From Chrysomallon squamiferum (Eukaryota > Animalia > Mollusca): 64,000 nt of DNA. The stretch is taken from NCBI GenBank assembly GCA_012295275.1, contig CM022668.1, positions 10,354,001 through 10,418,000 on the forward strand, in the 5' to 3' direction. Positions 56,065-64,000 of the stretch are shown in pieces (positions within the stretch are counted from its first letter, which is position 1; every line of letters starts with the position of its first letter). Below the pieces are notes generated by a model. That model saw only the letters and a program-made list of their open reading frames with translations. It ran no database searches and was not told where the DNA came from. A program made the position numbers and the translations under genes.

Positions 56065-59000
56065 GTTGTTGTTTTGTTGTTTTTTTTTTATGTTTTTCTT
56101 TTTCTAAACTGGATTTGTTATAGTTAATTATACGTAATATGTATGTATCAGAGGTAAGAATGCATGAGAAAAAACCGATAACTGTCATTCCGAGTGTATC
56201 TCTTCACTCACAGGTTGTATCCCGACACGTTCACACTTCTGACAAATTAAAAATAAAATAAAATTGAATAAAATTAATAATTTAAAATAAATAGTATACA
56301 AGTTTGTTTATGGTCTTAAACGCCTGAATTTCCAAAAAGTATCTTAATTGAATCAATAAGTTTGTAATTTGGACTTTCAAACTGATATTTTGTTTCTCTA
56401 ATTTTATTATTGTGATATAATCGTTGTTATCGTTTTTTAAAACGTAACAATTTTTAAAATACGGAGATATTTGTATTCCGTTCAGATGTTAACCATTGAA
56501 ACAGGGAAGTATTAATAGATACATCCAAACTTTATTTTTATAGAACTGTCACAACAAAATGCCATTATCTATATAAAATGGTTATCTTTTTATGTTTAAT
56601 ATTTACTAGCAGTCTGTCTTCCGATTACAAATTTGTACAATAGTTCGGACTTGAAAAAGCTGATAAAGGCATGTTCACACGGTGCGATAATTTCTAACGA
56701 CTCAAGGTCTTTCTTATTTAAGCTATTTACCAGATTTTTATTTATTTTTATATTTTTTATATAATATTTTTCTTTTTTAAGATTTGTTTTATTTTATTCA
56801 TTCATTTTTTTATTATTATTATTATTATTCTTTTCTTTCCCATTCAGGATTTGTTTCTATTTAATTATATGTAATTGTGTCGGAATCTCGTCAGTTTCTC
56901 TTTGCCAGACTTCTTTTTTTATGATAATGTTGTATTCTATCAGTGAGTTATTTTGGTAAAACTCTTATTTTTATATTCCGATTTAAAGCAGAATGACTGC
57001 TACATTTTGTTTTAAGTATATTATTATATTACAGTAATAGTTATGAAGCTAATGCGTATAATCATATTCACAAATTCACATTTTTACAGTTCATCAATAT
57101 GGTGATAACAACACAAAACTACTTCAACCATTTAACGCATTTTTATTTCTCTTCTTTATCATTATTACTATAACTATTATAATCATCACCTGATTCACTA
57201 TTTTTATTATCATTATTATGATAATGGTTGTTAGTGTTGTTATTCTTATTGTGATAACTAAACAGCAGAGAGCATGGGAGCCATATATATTATGGCGCGT
57301 ATTTTAACGAGGATCTTTTGATCAGTGCGCAGTCTTGCGACACGTTGTCTGAGAGACGTGTTCTCAGGACAAAGATCACTCATGGTAAGGTAATCATGTT
57401 TAAAAGTCTTTTATGTAACCTGCATGATGGTTGATGGAACGTAGCCAAGTATATTTCTGTTGAATATTATATATTTATTCTGTGATACTTGCTTACATTG
57501 AAAACTAAGTAACAAACTAAGATAACTTATTTTAATAACTAAAAGCTTAGTTAGAAAGTTGACGTAACTAACACGGCTTAATTAGAACAATATTATTTCG
57601 TGAGATTCTTTTGATTGATGTATATTTGATGCACAAAAAAATTACCCATATTCAATTCTTGTTTGCGTAATAATTCTCCAGTGGATACAGTTTAGTCATT
57701 TAGTAGTTTAATCTGTCTAAGATCGCTAACACCTTGTCACGTGAAGCTAGTATAGTCTGCTACCCTTTTGACAGGACGAGCCAACGTTAATGTATTAATA
57801 CCAGTCAGGCTAGTAATCGTGACAGTAATGTCTTTGTATTCAATGCATGAGATTAAACTGATAAGTGTCATTCCGTGTGTATATATACGGGGTCACCTCA
57901 CTGTGCCCGCACATTTTGTTATATCTTACAGAAGCAGTCAAGAATAGCAAATGATAAAACAGTACGGGATTACAGTATCGTTTATTTTCCAAAAGTCCAA
58001 CAATGGACTGATAACATTTCACAGTCCGGGAGCGGGAATCAGAATATTCTATTTAATTCAATCACAGTATGTTTGTAATTTCGACCTTCGAACTTTGACA
58101 TTTTTAGCTCATATTTCTGCAAAAGGTGAACCAACTTTTATAGTCTTGCTGGATATTACGACGTGATATCTGCAATTTAGTTTGAAGGTTCAAAACAGTT
58201 TAGCATTTATTTCATTTTCTGTATAATGTGACACTGAATTGGTCTTCAGTCAGACGTTTAGAACTGTTATTAAATAAGAAACAGATAATATTTAAAAAGA
58301 AAATCTCCATTCACTAATAACAAATTTTGAGTGTCAAACTCCACTATAATAACGTAAATTTACTGCTTTGTGGTAACAAAACAACAGTACAAAGTTTATT
58401 TTTATTTCGTTTTTTCCGTTTCGGACTGTACTGTACCAACAACGGTAAAAACTGGATTATTTATAAGGGGAAATAATCTGTCGACAAAAAAGGAAATCAA
58501 AGTTCGAGAAGTACGTAGTAAACGATTCTTTTTCTAGCCAAGAAAAAGGTAAGAATAATTTAGTTGCCGTTACCATTGTAACTTCTACATTCGTAATTTC
58601 TACATTCATAAATGTTCTTGATCCACAATTTTTAAAAATACGGAGCCATTTGTAATCCGTTCAGATGTTTACACTTCAAACAGGGAGGTATTAATACATA
58701 CACCGAAATTTTATGTTTATAGCAATTGTCACAACAAAAATTCAAAAGTATATAATTAGTTACATGAAATTGTTTATATTCTAATATGTTTAATATTTAG
58801 TAGTAACCTGTCTTCCGATTACAACATTATACTGTAGTTCGGACTTGGGAAAACTTGTAAAGGCACGTTCACACTGTGTTCTCATTTCTAACGATTCAAG
58901 GACTTTTTCTTTCAGAGAAATTTAACGAATATATATATTATTATTTCTTTTCTGTTTTATATTTTCTATCTTTTATTTTTTTATAATTTTTTTTATAATT

Positions 59001-62000
59001 TTTTTTTTTCAGTTCTTTTTTGTTTTTTTTTAATTGCTTTTTTTCTTACTTATGATATTCTAAACTGGATTTGTTATAGTTAATTATAAGTAATATCTAT
59101 ATATTCCAGGTCATTATGCTTGAGATAAAACCGATGTCTCATTCTGCATGTATATATAGGTTCTACCCCGACATGTTCACACTTTCGACAAATTAAAAAT
59201 CAAATCAAATCAATAAAAAAAAAATAGTATGCAAGTTTGTTTATGTCTCGAACGCCTAACTTTCAAACAGTATCTTAATTGAGTCAATACGTTTGTAATT
59301 TGGACTTTCTATTTTTGATATTTTTAGTTAAGTTGGACATTTTTAGTTAACAGTGTTCAGAGTCTGTTCTCTCAGCAAACGATGAAACGATTTTTATAGT
59401 GATGGTGTTGCTTGATGTTCAGACGCGATATCTGAAATTTATTTTAAGGCTCATCATCTTTTGAGCTTTTGTTTAATCTTGTCGATAATGTGATATTGAA
59501 CTGATCTTCAGTCAGACATTTAGAACTGTTATTAAATAAGAAATAGACAATTTTTAACAGAAAATCTCCATTCACTAATAAGGAATTGTGTTTGTCATAC
59601 TGCATATAATAATGTAATTACTGCTTTACTGTAACAAAACAACAGTACAAAATTTAGTTTTATTTCGTTTTTTCCGTTTCGGACTGTACTGTACCAACAA
59701 CGGTAAAAACTGGATTATTTATAAGAATCCATCATCTGTCGACAAAAAGTGGGTCAAAGTTCGACCAGAACGTGAAACGATTCTTTTGTACCAACCAAAC
59801 TACACAAAAATAATAATTTTACCATTGTAACTTACACAGTAATTTCTACAATAAATGTTCTTGATCAACAATTTTTAAAAATGTTAACCACTCCATTTTG
59901 TGAAAGTTCAGATTAACATAATCAAACAGCTTTCTTTCTTTCCACCCCGTGTTTTTTCTCTGTGTGCACACAGAACTGAATAAATGAATGTCTCAACAAA
60001 GAAAGTCCCTGAATTTCTCCTTTATTCAAGTTTCATATTTTGATTTTAATTTTCATTGTCATTTTACTACAACAACAAAAAATGCCAAGTTTCTCCACAT
60101 TTTAAAAATTCTAAAAACGTTAATCAACAATAAAAATGCTCCACCCCGCAAATTTTTACCAAATTCAAAAAAAAAAAAAAAAAACTTATTCATTTAACAT
60201 TATTATTTTAAAAACAGTTCCACAAAATGGTATTTTTTTTAATTTTACTGTTGTTATATAATCATCATTATAGTAATAATAATAATAATCATCGTTATTT
60301 TTATTTTCATTATTACGATGATGGTTATTATTGTTATCATCATATTCATCAACGTCGTCATTACTGTTATGAAAACCTACATGACTATGCTATTAAGACT
60401 GGGTTATTTATAAAGGGAAATAATCTGTGAATAAAAAAGGAAGTGTAAGTTCGAGAAGGACTTAATAAACGATTCTGTTTTCTGGTCTAGAAAAAAAGTG
60501 AGTATAATTTAGTTACCGTTATCTTTGTAACTTCTACATTCGTAATTTCTACTTTCATAAATGATTTTCATCTAGAATTTTTAAATTACGGAGGTATTTG
60601 TATTCCATTCAGATGTTTACCCTTGAAACAGGGAAGTATTAATATATATACCGAAACTTTATGCTTATTTCTTTCTTTTTTTTTTTTTTTTTTTTTTTTT
60701 TTGTTGTTGTTTTGTTGTTTTTTTTTTATGTTTTTCTTTTTCTAAACTGGATTTGTTATAGTTAATTATACGTAATATGTATGTATCAGAGGTAAGAATG
60801 CATGAGATAAAACCGATAAGTGTCATTCCGAGTGTATCTCTTCACTCACAGTTTGTATCCCGACATGTTCACACTTCTGACAAATTAAAAATAAAATAAA
60901 ATTGAATAAAATTAATAATTTAAAATAAATAGTATACAAGTTTGTTTATGGTCTTAAATGCCTGAATTTCCAAAAGTATCTTAATTGAATCAATAAGTTT
61001 GTAATTTGGACTTTCAAACTGATATTTTTTTTTTTTTCTAATTTTATTATTGTTATATAATCGTTGTTATCGTTTTTTAAAACCTAACAATTTTTAAAAT
61101 ACGGAGATATTTGTATTCCGTTCAGATGTTAACCATTGAAAAAGGGAAGTATTAATAGATACATCCAAACTTTATTTTTATAGAACTGTCACAACAAAAT
61201 GCCATTATCTATATAAAATGGTTATCTTTTTATGTTTAATATTTACTAGCAGTCTGTCTTCCGATTACAAATTTGTACAATAGTTCGGACTTGAAAAAGC
61301 TCATAAAGGCATGTTCTCACGGTGCGATAATTTCTAACGACTCAAGGTCTTTCTTATTTAAGCTATTTACCAGATTTTTATTTATTTTTATATTTTTTAT
61401 ATAATAATTTTCTTTTTTAAGATTTGTTTTATTTTATTCATTCATTTTTTTATTATTATTATTATTATTCTTTTCTTTCCCATTCAGGATTTGTTTCTAT
61501 TTAATTATATGTAATTGTGTCGGAATCTCGTCAGTTTCTCTTTGCCAGACTTCTTTTTTATGATAATGTTGTATTCTATCAGTGAGTTATTTTGGTAAAA
61601 CTCTTATTTTTATATTCCGATTTAAAGCAGAATGACTGCTACATTTTGTTTTAAGTATATTATTATATTAAAGTAATAGTTATGAAGCTAATGCGTATAA
61701 TCATGTTTACAAATTCACATTTTTACAGTTCATCAATGTTTAGCTATTTAATGTCGCAATATGGTGATAACAACACAAAACTACTTGAACCATTTAACGC
61801 ATTTTTATTTGTCTTCTTTATCATTATTACTATAACTATTATAATCATCACCTGATTCACTATTTTTATTATCATTATTATGATAATGGTTGTTAGTGTT
61901 GTTATTCTTATTGTGATAACTAAACAGCAGAGAGCATGGGAGCCATATATATTATGGCGCGTATTTTAACGAGGATCTTTTGATCAGTGCGCAGTCTTGC

Positions 62001-64000
62001 GACACGTTCTCAGGACAAAGATCACTCCTGGTACGGTAATCATGTTTAAAAGTCTTTTATGTAACCTGCATGTTGGTTGATGGAACGTAGCCAAGTCTAT
62101 TTCTATTGAATATTATATATTTATTCTGTGATACTTGCTTACATTGAAAACTAAGTAACAAACTAAGATAACTTATTTTAATAACTAAAAGCTTAGTTAG
62201 AAAGTTGACGTAACTAACAGGGCTTAATTAGAACAATATCTATCAATGTTATTTGCATTTATATTATTTCGTGAGATTCTTTTGATTGATGTATATTTGA
62301 TGCACAAAAAAATTACCCATATTCAATTCTTGTTTGCGTAATAATTCTCCAGTGGATACAGTTTAGTCATTTAGTAGTTTAATCTGTCTAAGATCGCTAA
62401 CACCTTGTCACGTGAAGCTAGTATAGTCTGCTACCCTTTTGACAGGACGAGCCAACGTTAATGTATTAATACCAGTCAGGCTAGTAATCGTGACAGTAAT
62501 GTCTTTGTATTCAATGCATGAGATTAAACTGATAAGTGTCATTCCGTGTGTATCTATACGGGGTCACCTCACTGTGCCCGCACATTTTGTTATATCTTAC
62601 AGAAGCAGTCAAGAATGGCAAATGATAAAACAGTAGGGGATTACAGTATCGTTTATTTTCCAAAAGTCCAACAATGGACTGATAACATTTCACAGTCCGG
62701 GAGACGGAATCAGAATATTCTATTTAATTCAATCACAGTATGTTTGTAATTTCGACCTTCGAACTTTGACATTTTTAGCTCATATTTCTGCAAAAGGTGA
62801 ACCGACTTTTATAGTCTTGCTGGATATTACGACGTGATATCTGCAATTTAGTTTGAAGGTTCAAAACAGTTTAGCATTTATTTCATTTTCTGTATAATGT
62901 GACACTGAATTGGTCTTCAGTCAGACGTTTAGAACTGTTAGTAAATAAGAAACAGATAATATTTAAAAAGAAAATCTCCATTCACTAATAACAAATTTTG
63001 AGTGTCAAACTCCACTATAATAACGTAAATTTACTGCTTTGTGGTAACAAAACAACAGTACAAAGTTTATTTTTATTTCGTTTTTTCCGTTTCGGACTGT
63101 ACTGTACCAACAACGGTAAAAACTGGATTATTTATAAGGGGAAATAATCTGTCGACAAAAAAGGAAATCAAAGTTCGAGAAGTACGTAGTAAACGATTCT
63201 TTTTCTAGCCAAGAAAAAGGTAAGAATAATTTAGTTGCCGTTACCATTGTAACTTCTACATTCGTAATTTCTACATTCATAAATGTTCTTGATCCACAAT
63301 TTTTAAAAATACGGAGCCATTTGTAATCAGTTCAGATGTTTACACTTCAAACAGGGAGGTATTAATACATACACCGAAATTTTATGTTTATAGCAATTGT
63401 CACAACAAAACTTCAAAAGTATATAATTAGTTACATGAAATTGTTTATATTCTAGTATGTTTAATATTTAGTAGTAACCTGTCTTCCGATTACAACATTG
63501 TACTGTAGTTCGGACTTGGGAAAACTTGTAAAGGCACGTTCACACTGTGTTCTCATTTCTAACGATTCAAGGACTTTTTCTTTCAGAGAAATTTAACGAA
63601 TATATATATTATTATTTCTTTTCTGTTTTATATTTTCTATCTTTTATTTTTTTATAATTTTTTTTATAATTTTTTTTTTCAGTTCTTTTTTGTTTTTTTT
63701 TTAATTGCTTTTTTTCTTATTTATGATATTCTAAACTGGATTTGTTATAGTTAATTATAAGTAATATCTATATATTCCAGGTCATTATGCTTGAGATAAA
63801 ACCGATGTCTCATTCTGCATGTATATATAGGTTCTACCCCGACATGTTCACACTTTCGACAAATTAAAAATCAAATCAAATCAACAAAAAAGAATAGTAT
63901 GCAAGTTTGTTTATGTCTCGAACGCCTAACTTTCAAACAGTATCTTAATTCAGTCAATACGTTTGTAATTTGGACTTTCTATTTTTGATATTTTTAGTTA

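Larger units (their letters stand above)
51000..64000. repeat. Tandemly repeated, apparently non-coding ~1.5-2.7 kb module; youngest duplication ~55600-59330 vs ~60230-64000
   Basis: GGGAAATAATCTGT...AAGTTCGAGAAG near 51551, 53987, 55779, 58468, 60415 and 63139. CCCGACA(T/C)GTTCACACT near 52787, 54724, 56221, 59167, 60859 and 63838. The offset of the last duplication is ~4640-4670. Confidence 0.9.

Overview
AT-rich, microsatellite-laden eukaryotic genomic DNA; an invertebrate animal, with mollusc-like being only an inference. The ORF track is mostly microsatellite noise. Reading GT-AG exons by hand on the minus strand shows that positions ~1.6-49.2 kb are a head-to-tail tandem array of paralogous multi-exon receptor genes. 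Shared layout: signal peptide, one EGF-like exon, an F-type-lectin (fucolectin / F5/8C-like) domain on two exons, a variable number of MEGF/SCARF-type EGF-like exons, one TM exon, and a tyrosine-rich tail ending in an ITAM-like pair and a class I PDZ ligand. Copies, left to right: G0 (exon 1 only), GA' (3' part, up to an N-gap), G1 (5' part, from the gap), G2 (full length, one nonsense codon), an orphan tail remnant, G3 (apparently intact, 732 aa, one GC donor) and G4 (several lesions, short tail). The lectin loops are hypervariable between copies while neighbouring EGF exons are nearly invariant, stalk length varies by exon gain and loss, and exons are mosaic between copies. Together this resembles a diversifying innate-immune or recognition receptor family. 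Two decayed Tc1/mariner elements and a 33-bp minisatellite sit in introns. The last ~13 kb is an apparently non-coding module repeated several times, including a ~4.65-kb duplication. All exon calls are manual, with no transcript or database evidence.
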